Origin: Gammaproteobacteria bacterium
GTDB lineage: Bacteria; Pseudomonadota; Gammaproteobacteria; Eutrophobiales; Eutrophobiaceae
NCBI GenBank assembly: GCA_965207165.1
Contig: OZ242265.1
Location: forward strand, 3,627,373 to 3,691,372
Direction: 5' to 3'
Length of the DNA: 64,000 nucleotides
Position numbers and translations under genes: made by a program. Positions 39,048 through 50,824 of the stretch are shown in pieces. How positions within the stretch are numbered: the first letter of the stretch is position 1; the number at the start of each line of letters is the position of its first letter. Below the pieces are notes generated by a model. The model saw nothing but the letters and a program-made list of their open reading frames with translations. It did not search any database and was not told the origin of the DNA.

Positions 39048-39491
39048 ATGATAATCGAAGGCGAACACAGGCTGCCCTGTGAACTGGCAAGAGCATGGCA
39101 GGCCTTGAATGACCCCGGAGTACTGAAACGCTGTATCCCGGGTTGTGAAAGTATCGAAGCGGCAGGGGAAAACCGCTACGAGTGCCTGATAACGGCTAAG
39201 TACGGGCCGGTCAAGACAAGGTTTAAAACCGTCCTGGCGCTTACCAACATCGATGCGCCGTATTCCTACACGCTGGCCGGCGAGGGCAAGGGCGGCGTTG
39301 CCGGTTTCGGCAAGGGCAAGGCAGACGTTCAACTTGCACAGGACGGGGAGGATACGCTGCTGCGCTACCAGGCGGAGTTTTCCGTGGGCGGTAAACTCGC
39401 CCAGGTCGGGTCCAGGTTGATAGCGTCCACGACGAAGAAGATGTCGAATGATTTCTTTTCCCGGTTTTCGGAAGAGATCAGCGGCGGGTAA
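39048..39491 (+). CDS. coxG: CoxG-family (SRPBCC) carbon monoxide dehydrogenase subunit G-like protein.
   Basis: Full-length similarity to CoxG (LNDPGVLKRCIPGCE...GEGKGGVAGFGKG...GGKLAQVGSRLI). Confidence 0.8.
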   Translation: MIIEGEHRLPCELARAWQALNDPGVLKRCIPGCESIEAAGENRYECLITAKYGPVKTRFKTVLALTNIDAPYSYTLAGEGKGGVAGFGKGKADVQLAQDGEDTLLRYQAEFSVGGKLAQVGSRLIASTTKKMSNDFFSRFSEEISGG

Positions 39492-39502
39492 ATACATATT
39501 GA

Positions 39503-39527
39503 ATTTAAATAAACTTTTTATTTAAAT
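39503..39527. promoter_or_regulatory. AT-only perfect inverted repeat ATTTAAATAAA-ctt-TTTATTTAAAT, 65 bp upstream of the CarAa-like gene.
   Basis: 11-bp arms with a 3-nt loop; a candidate operator site. Confidence 0.4.
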
Positions 39528-39592
39528 TCCAGGAGTCATTATTTATACTTTAATGTTCACTGTCCTGGAATATTAAACATGGGGGTTTTGGC

Positions 39593-40882
39593 ATGGGTAA
39601 GTTTAATGAAATCGCGCTGGACCTGATGAAACGCACCGCAGCTTACGTCCCGGATTTTGAGTTCGAGGGGGCGGATCCCGCTACGGCTGCAAAACCCTGG
39701 CAAGCGTGGCTCAAGGCGGAACTGGGGTTTCGCAATCACTGGTACCCGACGGAGGCCAGCCGCAACATCAGGGATGGCGAGCACAAGGCGATCAAGTTGC
39801 TGGGTGAGGATATTCTCTACCTGCGCCGGGCCGGCCGCCTGTACGCGATTGAAGACCGCTGCAGCCACCGCGGCACGCGCTTCTCGCAACGGCCCGTGTG
39901 CTATACGGACGACACCATTACCTGCTGGCACCACGCATTCACCTTTAACCTGGACGACGGCCGCATTCGCTGCCTGTTGAACGACCCGGACTCATCCCTG
40001 GCCGGGCGCAAGGGGATAAAGAGCTACCCGGTGCGGGAAGTAAAAGGCGTAATTTTCACATTTGTCGGCGATATGAATCCGCCGCCGCCCCTGGAGCATG
40101 ACGTGCCCCCCGGGTTTTTTGACGAAGACATGGCGATCTGCGTGGCGGACCCCTACCTGGTAAAGGCAAACTGGCGCCTGGGTTCGGAAGGCGGTTACGA
40201 CCCGGGCCACCATTACATCCACAACTGGTCAAAATTCTCCATCAATTCACGTATACCCATGACCTTCGGCTGGGTGTCGAAGAAGGAAGCGGTGCTGGAG
40301 ACCAGTATTTACGAGCTGATGGAAAACGGCCCGAAGGGCTTCACCCGCCTGGCGGCGGAGACCAACATGTCCATGACTGCAAGAATACCCGGACGGAACG
40401 GCGGGGCGGATACCGATGTCATCCTGCCCATCGCCAAGGGCCAGTCCCCCCGGGAAATAGAAATTCTGGGACAGCACGCGTTCACCACCGAGGTCGGCGA
40501 GTGGCTACCCTGCGGGCTGAAGGTCAATCCATGGCCTTTCCCGGGGGTGGTTCACAACGAATACTACGTGCCGCGGGACGCCAACTCCCACTACTATTTC
40601 CAGTGCGGCTGGAAGCGCGTGGAAAATGAGGAGGAAGCCCGGGAATGGGCCGAAGGCGACCTGGGGCAGGTGCGCTGGAAAGTCCCTGTAGTCGATGACT
40701 TTACCATCCAGGATGCCGAGGCGCGGGAACACATCCACGAATTCTATGCCAGCGAAGACGGCTGGAACCAGGAGCAGACGGCCCGGTTCGATATCGAGCT
40801 GCTGATGTGGCGCGTGTTCGCCGGTGAGTATAGCCGCGGTATCCAGGAGGAAAAGCACACGAAAGGCCATTTCAAGAGATAA
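39593..40882 (+). CDS. CarAa-like single-subunit (class III-type) Rieske oxygenase, carbazole 1,9a-dioxygenase family (copy 1).
   Basis: The CSHRG...CWHHAFTF Rieske motif plus blocks matching the CarAa sequence recalled from memory: LGFRNHWYP, SNWRL-ENGYDP-H-YIH, LKVNP-P, HYYFQ and SRGIQ. Confidence 0.8.
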   Translation: MGKFNEIALDLMKRTAAYVPDFEFEGADPATAAKPWQAWLKAELGFRNHWYPTEASRNIRDGEHKAIKLLGEDILYLRRAGRLYAIEDRCSHRGTRFSQRPVCYTDDTITCWHHAFTFNLDDGRIRCLLNDPDSSLAGRKGIKSYPVREVKGVIFTFVGDMNPPPPLEHDVPPGFFDEDMAICVADPYLVKANWRLGSEGGYDPGHHYIHNWSKFSINSRIPMTFGWVSKKEAVLETSIYELMENGPKGFTRLAAETNMSMTARIPGRNGGADTDVILPIAKGQSPREIEILGQHAFTTEVGEWLPCGLKVNPWPFPGVVHNEYYVPRDANSHYYFQCGWKRVENEEEAREWAEGDLGQVRWKVPVVDDFTIQDAEAREHIHEFYASEDGWNQEQTARFDIELLMWRVFAGEYSRGIQEEKHTKGHFKR

Positions 40883-40888
40883 GAATCA

Positions 40889-41491
40889 ATGGCTACGGTA
40901 TTGCATATCGATTGCAGTGCTCGTACTGCCAATTCGGTCAGCCGCAGGTTATCCCGGATTGTGGTTGATCAACTCCTGGAGGCGGAACCGTCTGTCCGGG
41001 TGATCAGGCGGGACCTGGGCGCCTCGGCGCCGGCGCCCGTTAACGCGCTGGAGGCGGAAGCCTTTTTTACCCCGCCACCGGACAGGACCGGGGAGCAGGT
41101 CGGGGCGTTGGCAGATTCCGATGCCTTGACGGAAGAGTTGTTGCAGGCCGACACCGTGGTGCTGGGAACACCCATGTATAACTTCACGGTGCCGGCCAGC
41201 CTGAAAGCCTGGATCGATTACGTGGTCAGGCCCGGAAAGGCCTTCCGCCGGGTGGCTAACGGCCGGCTTGAAGGCCTGTGCGGAGGTAAAAAGGTCTATG
41301 TGTGCACGGCCGGCAGCGGCAAGTCCAGGGGCACGGATATGGACCACCTGCGCCCGTACCTGGACACGATCTTTGCGTTTATCGGGATCACGGATGTCGT
41401 TTATTTCGATGCGGAGGGACTGGCATGGGGAGAGCAGGAACGGGAACGGTCGATAAATGCAGCAATCGAGAACATTCAACAGAATCTGTAA
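40889..41491 (+). CDS. azoR: FMN-dependent NAD(P)H azoreductase/quinone reductase (AzoR/AcpD family); a candidate reductase for the oxygenase.
   Basis: A flavodoxin-like fold with VLHIDCSAR...LGTPMYNF...LKAWID blocks. Confidence 0.75.
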   Translation: MATVLHIDCSARTANSVSRRLSRIVVDQLLEAEPSVRVIRRDLGASAPAPVNALEAEAFFTPPPDRTGEQVGALADSDALTEELLQADTVVLGTPMYNFTVPASLKAWIDYVVRPGKAFRRVANGRLEGLCGGKKVYVCTAGSGKSRGTDMDHLRPYLDTIFAFIGITDVVYFDAEGLAWGEQERERSINAAIENIQQNL

Positions 41492-41530
41492 AATACACAG
41501 AACATATTTGGTGACGGGAGGAGAGACGGC

Positions 41531-42442
41531 ATGTCTAAGATCAAGGGTCTTGGTTATATCGGTTGTGAGGTGACGGACTTCAATGCCTGGGACAGCCTGC
41601 TGGACACCGTGTACGGACTGGAGCAGCGGGCAGACAGCGGGGAATCGCTCCGGCACTACCGCATGGACGATAATCACCACAGGCTGGCGCTGCACAAATC
41701 GAACAGCAACAAATTGAAATACATCGGCTGGGAGGTGGAATTCCAGGGAGACCTGGATAACCTGGCCGCTGAACTGAGCGACAAGGGTATAGCGGTAGAA
41801 GCCGGCAGCGCGGCATTACGCGAGGAGCGCGCCGTGATGGACCTGTTTGTGGTCAGCGGGCCTGACGATATCCGCCTGGAAATGTTTTTCGGGCCCGTGC
41901 AGGACTTAAAACCGTTTACGCCGAAGCGCGGGATGGAAGGTTACAATACCGGCGACCTGGGTATGGGACACATAGTGCTGGCCACGGCCGACCGGGCGGC
42001 CTCGGTGAAGTGGTACGAGGACAACCTGGGCTTCCGCCTGAGCGACCATATTTTCTGGGATGACATACAGGCGACCTTCCTGCATTGCAACCCGCGCCAC
42101 CACAGCCTGGCCTTTATGAACCCGGTCGGCGGCATGAAACCCGGCGACCTGGGTCACTTCATGTTCGAGAGCCTGTCGCTGAATGACGTGGGGCGCGCCT
42201 ACGATATAGTCCACGAACACAAGGTGCCGCTGGCCCTGACCCTGGGACGGCATAGTAACGACCACATGATGTCGTTTTATATCTATTCCCCTTCAGGCTG
42301 GTGGATCGAGTACGGCCACGGCGCCCGCCTCATTGATGATGCGGAGTGGGAACCCAAGTTTTACAATTCCCCGAAGATCTGGGGCCACGAGATGCTGCCG
42401 CCACCAGGCGAAGCAGTCGCAGGGGAACAGCATAAACGCTGA
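41531..42442 (+). CDS. Type I (two-domain VOC) extradiol ring-cleavage dioxygenase (BphC/catechol 2,3-dioxygenase-like).
   Basis: LGYIGCEVTD...GHIVLATAD...HHSLAFM blocks. Confidence 0.8.
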   Translation: MSKIKGLGYIGCEVTDFNAWDSLLDTVYGLEQRADSGESLRHYRMDDNHHRLALHKSNSNKLKYIGWEVEFQGDLDNLAAELSDKGIAVEAGSAALREERAVMDLFVVSGPDDIRLEMFFGPVQDLKPFTPKRGMEGYNTGDLGMGHIVLATADRAASVKWYEDNLGFRLSDHIFWDDIQATFLHCNPRHHSLAFMNPVGGMKPGDLGHFMFESLSLNDVGRAYDIVHEHKVPLALTLGRHSNDHMMSFYIYSPSGWWIEYGHGARLIDDAEWEPKFYNSPKIWGHEMLPPPGEAVAGEQHKR

Positions 42443-43432
<990 letters not shown>

Positions 43433-43435
43433 ATA

Positions 43436-44314
43436 TTGGAGAGAACAATGACAAATATCTGGAACCACCTGCAGGGAGTGGAATTCAAACAGACCTGGTA
43501 CGACGCCGGGGGTGTCAGGACACGCGCCATCGAAGCAGGTGACGGCCCCCCGTTGATATTGCTGCACGGCACCGGCGGCCATGCGGAAGCCTACGTGAAA
43601 AATATCGAGGCCCATGCAGAGCATTTCCACGTCTATGCCATCGACATGGTGGGCCACGGCTACACCGACGCCCCGGATATCGGTTATGACATGCAGTGTT
43701 ACGTGGACTTTATGAAAGACTTCCTGGACGCCATCGGCGCAGACAAGGCCCACATCTCGGGAGAATCCCTCGGCGCAACGGTAGCGTCCTGGTTCGCCCT
43801 GCAGTACCCGGACCGGGTCGGCAAGATCGTCATGAATACCGGTATGATGCTGCCGCCGGACGAGGCAGGCGCGGTGGAATTAAGAGATCTGCTGGAACGC
43901 AGCCGCAAGGCCGCCGGCTCACCGGACCGTAATGCGGTCAGGCAACGGATGCGCTGGCTGATGCACCGTGATGAGGACGTGACAGACGAGATCGTCGAAG
44001 TGCGCTACCGCATCTACCAGCAACCGGGCCGCGCCGCAGTGATCAGGAAGATCGCAGAGCAAAGCATCGGCGCACTGCTGGACCCGGTCGAGCAGGAAAA
44101 ATGGTATAAACCGGAATTGCTGCAGCAGCTACCCTGTCCCACCCTGGTATTGTGGACGCGTTACAACCCGGGCCAACTGGTGCCGCTGGCGGAGCAGGGC
44201 GCCGCCCTGATTCCCGACAGCGAACTGGTGGTGCTGGAAAATTCCGCCCACTGGCCGCAGTGGGAGGAACCGGAAGCGTTCAACAAGGCGCATATCGGGT
44301 ACCTGCTGAAATAA
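43436..44314 (+). CDS. Alpha/beta-hydrolase meta-cleavage-product (C-C bond) hydrolase (CarC/BphD-like).
   Basis: PLILLHGTGGHAEAY...ISGESLGA nucleophile elbow; there are only 3 nt after the trxB stop. Confidence 0.8.
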   Translation: MERTMTNIWNHLQGVEFKQTWYDAGGVRTRAIEAGDGPPLILLHGTGGHAEAYVKNIEAHAEHFHVYAIDMVGHGYTDAPDIGYDMQCYVDFMKDFLDAIGADKAHISGESLGATVASWFALQYPDRVGKIVMNTGMMLPPDEAGAVELRDLLERSRKAAGSPDRNAVRQRMRWLMHRDEDVTDEIVEVRYRIYQQPGRAAVIRKIAEQSIGALLDPVEQEKWYKPELLQQLPCPTLVLWTRYNPGQLVPLAEQGAALIPDSELVVLENSAHWPQWEEPEAFNKAHIGYLLK

Positions 44315-44357
44315 TCCTTAGAGCTTAGAGCCCGGTAACGGGCGCATCCCGCCTTCT

Positions 44358-45914
44358 TCACCGGTGGCCATCCCAGAAACCGTGAAAGCTGAGCGGTACA
44401 TGGTGGCGCAGTCGCACCGTCGCGAGCGGCCCGGCGGCCAGGTTACCTGCATCGAACACGGCGAGGAAATTATTTTCGGCCTTGTCGCTGTGTACCTGGG
44501 TGAGAATCCAGCCGTCGTCGTCATTGCCTCCCCGGGACGCAAATACCGGCTCCCCTGCGAAATGGCGGGGACCGAAGCGGTATTCCTTCCGCGCCCCGCT
44601 ATCCATGTCGATACGCGCCACACCATCAAGAATCCAGTCGCCGATATGGCCACAACTGAAATAGCCGTAGCGGTGTTTTCGAAGACCGGCACGAAGGTCG
44701 ACCATCGGAAATTCGTGCATCCCGGCATCGACAATTTCCTGGCGCAGCGACGTTGTCTTCAGGTCGATGACGTAGCGGCGAATCGTGCCGGGAAACTCAG
44801 CATCGCCCTCGTCGCCGCGCATGACGGCGGCAAACGCGGGGTCAGGACCGATGAAATGGTCCGGCGTGTCGTAGCCGACGAAGTCGGCGACGATCTCGCC
44901 ATTCTGTTCGTAAGCGTTCAGACTGTGCCACATGTAGGCCGCGGGCGCCTCGATAAACACCGGCTCCCCGCCAGACCTGTCAAGCACCATGACAAGGTTC
45001 CCCTGCTCCGGCTTCCAGGTCAGGCTGTCGGTAAAACTGCGCAGCCCCAGCAACATTCCTGCAGGTGAGAACTCGACCGGATGCAGCACGAAAATAATGT
45101 ACCGCTCGGTCACCATGAAATCATGCAGGTACGTCATGCGGGGGGATTTAACGGCGCCCTGTGCCTTGACCGTACCATCCCTGGCGAGCACGAGCCAGCG
45201 CAATGTCATGGTGCGGCCGTATTCAGTGGCCGCCAGAACCCAGTCACCGCTGACCGGATCGGTCTTGGTGTGCGCCTTGCACCCGGGCATCTCGACACCT
45301 TCAGGGAAGTTAAATGCACCAAGCGTGTCAAGCGAGTCAGGATCCAGGACATGTAAAGGAATTACCTCATCCAGCGCCAGTACATTACCATCCCTGACCA
45401 GGGTGGTCACTCCCGCCTGAGATTTAATGCGGTTCCCGAGGTTCGTGAACAGCCCGGCTGGCGCCAGTGTTGTCCAGGTGGGGTAACTGAAGACCCCGGC
45501 GGCTTCTTCCGCAATGAATTTTTCGGTCCGTACGAAGCGGTTGCGGTAACGCACCCCGCCGTTGGAGAATTCAAAACACTGGAGCATGCCGTCGCCATCG
45601 AGAAGATGCTGCTTGCGATAGCCGCCGCGCTCAAACAGTCCCGGTCCGTTCCGGTAAAGCCGGCCGTTTAAATCTGCCGGAAGATCCCCCTCAACATCCG
45701 GCTCGTAATCATGTTCAACCAGCAGTGAAGCGCCCAGCGCAGTCCGCCATGCGCGCTCGGGGGACAGCGCGTTCCCGATCCCGGGTCTATCTGGCGGTAT
45801 ACGACAAGCCACGGCTGTTACACCGGACGCAGCGGCAATGAGAAAGTTCCGGCGAGTAGTGTGAACCTGTCTCAGATCGGTACCTGCCGTGGTTGTCTCT
45901 CCGTCCCGGTTCAC
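44358..45914 (-). CDS. Carotenoid-cleavage oxygenase (CCO/RPE65) family protein with a twin-arginine signal (lignostilbene-dioxygenase-like).
   Basis: An N-terminal TRRNFLIAAASG motif and four-His CCO-type blocks (HDFMVTERYIIF, WHSLNAYE). Confidence 0.8.
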   Translation of the reverse strand: MNRDGETTTAGTDLRQVHTTRRNFLIAAASGVTAVACRIPPDRPGIGNALSPERAWRTALGASLLVEHDYEPDVEGDLPADLNGRLYRNGPGLFERGGYRKQHLLDGDGMLQCFEFSNGGVRYRNRFVRTEKFIAEEAAGVFSYPTWTTLAPAGLFTNLGNRIKSQAGVTTLVRDGNVLALDEVIPLHVLDPDSLDTLGAFNFPEGVEMPGCKAHTKTDPVSGDWVLAATEYGRTMTLRWLVLARDGTVKAQGAVKSPRMTYLHDFMVTERYIIFVLHPVEFSPAGMLLGLRSFTDSLTWKPEQGNLVMVLDRSGGEPVFIEAPAAYMWHSLNAYEQNGEIVADFVGYDTPDHFIGPDPAFAAVMRGDEGDAEFPGTIRRYVIDLKTTSLRQEIVDAGMHEFPMVDLRAGLRKHRYGYFSCGHIGDWILDGVARIDMDSGARKEYRFGPRHFAGEPVFASRGGNDDDGWILTQVHSDKAENNFLAVFDAGNLAAGPLATVRLRHHVPLSFHGFWDGHR

Positions 45915-46034
45915 GCCGGAAGAAGGCGAAACGAAACAAGCTCAGCTATTCGCGGTCTCGGGTAGCATCCAGGCTCAGGAACAGAAAAACCAGTCCTACC
46001 GCGACCATCGTAACTGTAACAAGTATTTCCAGAA

Positions 46035-46262
46035 TCATAAATTTCTCAGTTTCTCAATATGCCGGTCAATACGACGATGAGTGACAACAATACCTCCGGT
46101 AATGAAGTAAATCGTCGTAATACAACCAACTACAATCATCAAAGGAGCCGAGATGAAATTACTTACCAGCCAACCAAATAAGCTGATAACCGTAATAACC
46201 ATAATCCCAAGCCAGAACTTATAGTAAGCGATTTTCTCTTTTATAAGGTCTGCTTCGGACAT
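46035..46262 (-). CDS. Small (75 aa) two-TM membrane protein of unknown function in a low-GC spacer, upstream of and co-oriented with the CCO gene.
   Basis: A hydrophobic ORF only; no family recognised. Confidence 0.35.
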   Translation of the reverse strand: MSEADLIKEKIAYYKFWLGIMVITVISLFGWLVSNFISAPLMIVVGCITTIYFITGGIVVTHRRIDRHIEKLRNL

Positions 46263-46498
46263 TTTTTACATCACCTGCATGAAATATAGCATATTGAACT
46301 ATACCGGGTAGTTAAACATATCTTCCACATCGGCAAAGTCGATCCAATGTTTGCGAATTTTGATGTCGAAAAAACTTCGTTTAGCCCCTATTCCATTTAA
46401 CTAACCTCAACGTTACACTACCAACTCTTATTACCGATTAATATCAGTAGATGGACAAAAAAAACATGACAGGACGTTGCATCTAACGACTTTTATAT

Positions 46499-47764
46499 AT
46501 GAGTGATATAACCCGAAACCTGCTGGAAGAGACCCAGGACCATGTGGAACAGGCCAAGGCCAGGACCGCGCGGGCGCGCAAGCCCTGGCAGGTCTGGCTT
46601 GACGCGGAATGGGGCTTTCGTAATTACTGGTACCCGGCGGCGTTGTCACGCCACCTGGGTGAAGGTGAAGCAAAAGGGATTGAACTGCTGGGAGAGGAAA
46701 TCCTGCTCACCCGCCAGAACGGCCGGCTCCATGCCATGGAAGACCGCTGCCCGCACCGCGGCATTCGTTTCTCGGCCCGGCCGCTGTTCTACACAAAGGA
46801 AACCCTGACCTGCTGGTACCACACCTGGACCTACGACCTGGAGGACGGCAACCTGCGCACCATACTCAGCTCGCCTGACTCGAAGATGATAGGCAAGTGC
46901 AGTATCAAGATCTACCCGGTGGAGGAGCGCAAGGGCATCGTCTTCATCTTCGTGGGCGATATTGAACCACCGCCCCTGCACTACGACCTGGCGCCCGGAC
47001 TGCTGGATGACAACGCCGTGGTTTATTGCGGCGAACCCTACGAGATCAACGCCAACTGGCGGCTGGGTTGTGAGAACGGTTACGACCCGGGCCACCAGTT
47101 CATCCACAACTGGTCGGAGATGTGCATCAACGCCGGCATGCACACCTCCTACGGATATACGTCCACCAGGGAAGCCGTGCTGGATACCACCCGTTACGTA
47201 GAAAATGAAGACGGCCCGAAAGGCTTTACCCGCAAGGTGGAGAAAACGGAATTCAAGCACGAAGCATTTATCCCCCTCAAGGACGGCGGGCGCAAGGACC
47301 TGGTCCTGCCCCTGGCCAGGGGCAAGTCTCCGGAGGAACTGGCGCAGTTGACCGATATCATCCGCCTGGGCACCGTCGGGCTGTGGATGCCCTGTTCGCT
47401 GAAGGTGACCACATTCCCGGCGCCCCAGTGCACCCACTACGAGTTCTACGTGCCGAAGAACAAGGACGTGCACATCTATTTCCAGTTCGGCGTGATCCAC
47501 ACGGACGACGAGGACGAAGCGGAACGCTGGCTGGGCGAAGACGGCCGGGTCATGTGGGAGGTGCCTGCAGTGGAGGGGTTTACCGTGGACGATGCCTTTG
47601 CCCGGGAACAGTTACACAAATACTATGCCGAGGAGGACGGCTGGCAGCGGGAGCGGCTGTTCCAGCCGGACGTCGAACTGACCATGTGGCGCCGGTTTGC
47701 CAGCAAACATGCCCGCGGCATACAGACCGCCGATCACACCCGCGGGTACTTCAAACGGGACTGA
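46499..47764 (+). CDS. CarAa-like single-subunit Rieske oxygenase (copy 2).
   Basis: The CPHRG...CWYHTWTY motif and a paralog of 39593-40882 with the same conserved blocks. No SD is visible, so the mRNA may be leaderless. Confidence 0.8.
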   Translation: MSDITRNLLEETQDHVEQAKARTARARKPWQVWLDAEWGFRNYWYPAALSRHLGEGEAKGIELLGEEILLTRQNGRLHAMEDRCPHRGIRFSARPLFYTKETLTCWYHTWTYDLEDGNLRTILSSPDSKMIGKCSIKIYPVEERKGIVFIFVGDIEPPPLHYDLAPGLLDDNAVVYCGEPYEINANWRLGCENGYDPGHQFIHNWSEMCINAGMHTSYGYTSTREAVLDTTRYVENEDGPKGFTRKVEKTEFKHEAFIPLKDGGRKDLVLPLARGKSPEELAQLTDIIRLGTVGLWMPCSLKVTTFPAPQCTHYEFYVPKNKDVHIYFQFGVIHTDDEDEAERWLGEDGRVMWEVPAVEGFTVDDAFAREQLHKYYAEEDGWQRERLFQPDVELTMWRRFASKHARGIQTADHTRGYFKRD

Positions 47765-47766
47765 CC

Positions 47767-48390
47767 TTGGGGAATCCCTACGATGACCTGACCTACGGCG
47801 GCAGGCCGGTGGGGTTTGGCGAAAGACCGGCCATTGCCGTCGTCGATCTGCAGGTGGGATTTACCGATCCGCAGTATCCGCTGGGGGGACGCCCGCTGGT
47901 CGTGGCGGCCACGGAACATACCGCCATGCTGGTCAGAGCGGCGCGCCGGAAAGGCGTACCCATCGCTTCCTGCGCAATGGCCTACAAGGACGCGGGAGAC
48001 ATGCCCCACTGGAAGATCCCGGCCATGTACGCAGGGTCCTTCTTCAAGGGGCACCCGGCCATAGAACTGGACCCGCGCATCTACGATGCCGGCCATGACC
48101 TGGCCGTTATCAAGAGCGCGCCCTCCATCTTTTTTGCAACTCCAGTACACCAGTATTTCACCCGGCACAACGTGGACACGGTGATTGTCTGCGGCTGCAT
48201 GACGGCAGGCTGCGTGCGCGCCTCCGTCATCGACAGCTTTTCCCACGGCTGGCGCACCATCGTCCCCGAGGAATGCGTGGGCGACGTGGACCAGGCGCCC
48301 CATGACGCCAACCTGCTGGACATGCGCCGGCGCTACGCCGACGTGTTGCCCCTGCAGGAGGTTATGGCTTATATTAAAACCCTGAACTGA
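47767..48390 (+). CDS. Isochorismatase-family cysteine hydrolase (N-carbamoylsarcosine amidase-like).
   Basis: PAIAVVDLQVGF and VIVCGCMTAGCVRAS (catalytic Cys). The ORF-track N-terminus (47383) overlaps the oxygenase gene and is rejected; a TTG/GTG start lies just after 47764. Confidence 0.65.
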   Translation: MGNPYDDLTYGGRPVGFGERPAIAVVDLQVGFTDPQYPLGGRPLVVAATEHTAMLVRAARRKGVPIASCAMAYKDAGDMPHWKIPAMYAGSFFKGHPAIELDPRIYDAGHDLAVIKSAPSIFFATPVHQYFTRHNVDTVIVCGCMTAGCVRASVIDSFSHGWRTIVPEECVGDVDQAPHDANLLDMRRRYADVLPLQEVMAYIKTLN

Positions 48391-48407
48391 CTACATGGTA
48401 CAAATCA

Positions 48408-49756
<1,349 letters not shown>

Positions 49757-49763
49757 GAGCGCT

Positions 49764-50579
49764 ATGAGCGTCGTATCTGCTTTCCTCGTCCCTGGTTCCC
49801 CATTGCCCTACGTGCAACGGGATAACCCCCCGTGGGGCGAAATCGCCACCGCCATGGAAACTGCCGGCAAGGCCCTGGCCGCCTCAGCCCCGGACCTGAT
49901 CGTCATCTATTCCACCCAGTGGATCGCGGTGCTGGACCAGTTGTGGCAGACCCGGGCCGTCCTGCAGGGCCTGCACGTTGATGAGAACTGGCATGAGTAC
50001 GGCGACCTGCCGTTCGATATGAAGATCGACGTCGAATTTGCCGAACTGGCGTTGAAAAAGACCGCCGCAGCGGGCATCAAGGCCAAAGGCGTGGACTATG
50101 ATCATTTCCCGGTGGATACCGGCGCCATCGTCGCGTCCAACTTCCTTAACCCGGGCGGGGACATCCCCCTGGCCATCACGTCCAATAACGTCTACCACGA
50201 CTGGCAGATGACGGAATCCCTGGGCCGGGTAGCTGCCGAATCAGCAGCCGAGCTCGACCGGAAACTGGCCGTTATCGGCGTAGGCGGCCTGTCCGGCTCC
50301 ATCTACCGTCACGTGATTGACATCGGCGATGACAAAATCGCCGACCCCGCGGAGGATGAATGGAACCGGAAGATCCTGGCCATAATGGAGCAGGGCGACA
50401 CGGAGACCTTGTTACAGACCTGCCACGACTATGCCGCCGCGGCCCGGGTGGACATGGGCTTCAAACACTTCGCCTTCATCATGGGCGCCACCGGCAACCG
50501 CTTTAACAGCGCCAAGGTCCACGCCTACGGCCCCCTCTACGGCAGCGGCGCCGCAGTCGTCGAATTCGATCTGAATTGA
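49764..50579 (+). CDS. LigB-type extradiol dioxygenase, second (alpha, AmnA-like) subunit.
   Basis: A LigB-homologous 271-aa protein immediately downstream of the catalytic subunit. Confidence 0.7.
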   Translation: MSVVSAFLVPGSPLPYVQRDNPPWGEIATAMETAGKALAASAPDLIVIYSTQWIAVLDQLWQTRAVLQGLHVDENWHEYGDLPFDMKIDVEFAELALKKTAAAGIKAKGVDYDHFPVDTGAIVASNFLNPGGDIPLAITSNNVYHDWQMTESLGRVAAESAAELDRKLAVIGVGGLSGSIYRHVIDIGDDKIADPAEDEWNRKILAIMEQGDTETLLQTCHDYAAAARVDMGFKHFAFIMGATGNRFNSAKVHAYGPLYGSGAAVVEFDLN

Positions 50580-50624
50580 AAAAGAAGTATTCAGCGTCTT
50601 AATCCCGATAGACGATTCCCTTTC

Positions 50625-50687
50625 TGACCGGCAATTGGTCGTGGTGTTGACCGGCAATTAGTCGGAATAGTAACCGGCAATAGTCTG
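50625..50687. promoter_or_regulatory. Three direct repeats (T[G/A]ACCGGCAAT[T]-GTC) phased exactly 23 bp apart.
   Basis: Repeat starts are at 50625, 50648 and 50671, in the convergent intergenic region between the amnA-like and cytochrome c genes. Confidence 0.45.
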
Positions 50688-50824
50688 TAAGGGTCGGACC
50701 TGCATAATCGCATATAACTATTTGTTGTTTCTTACTAATATATCGATGGATGAGTTGTTTTTCAGCGTTAGCGCACGTTTTTTATTGCGCAAACGGGCAT
50801 GGTAAGCGTTTAAGCGAGCCAGCT

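Noticed and set aside
47383-47766. A 128-aa N-terminal extension of the isochorismatase-like ORF that overlaps the CarAa-like gene.
   Set aside because: The extension lies in a different frame over a strongly supported gene and is Arg/Gly-rich nonsense. A TTG/GTG start just after the oxygenase stop gives a normal-length protein.
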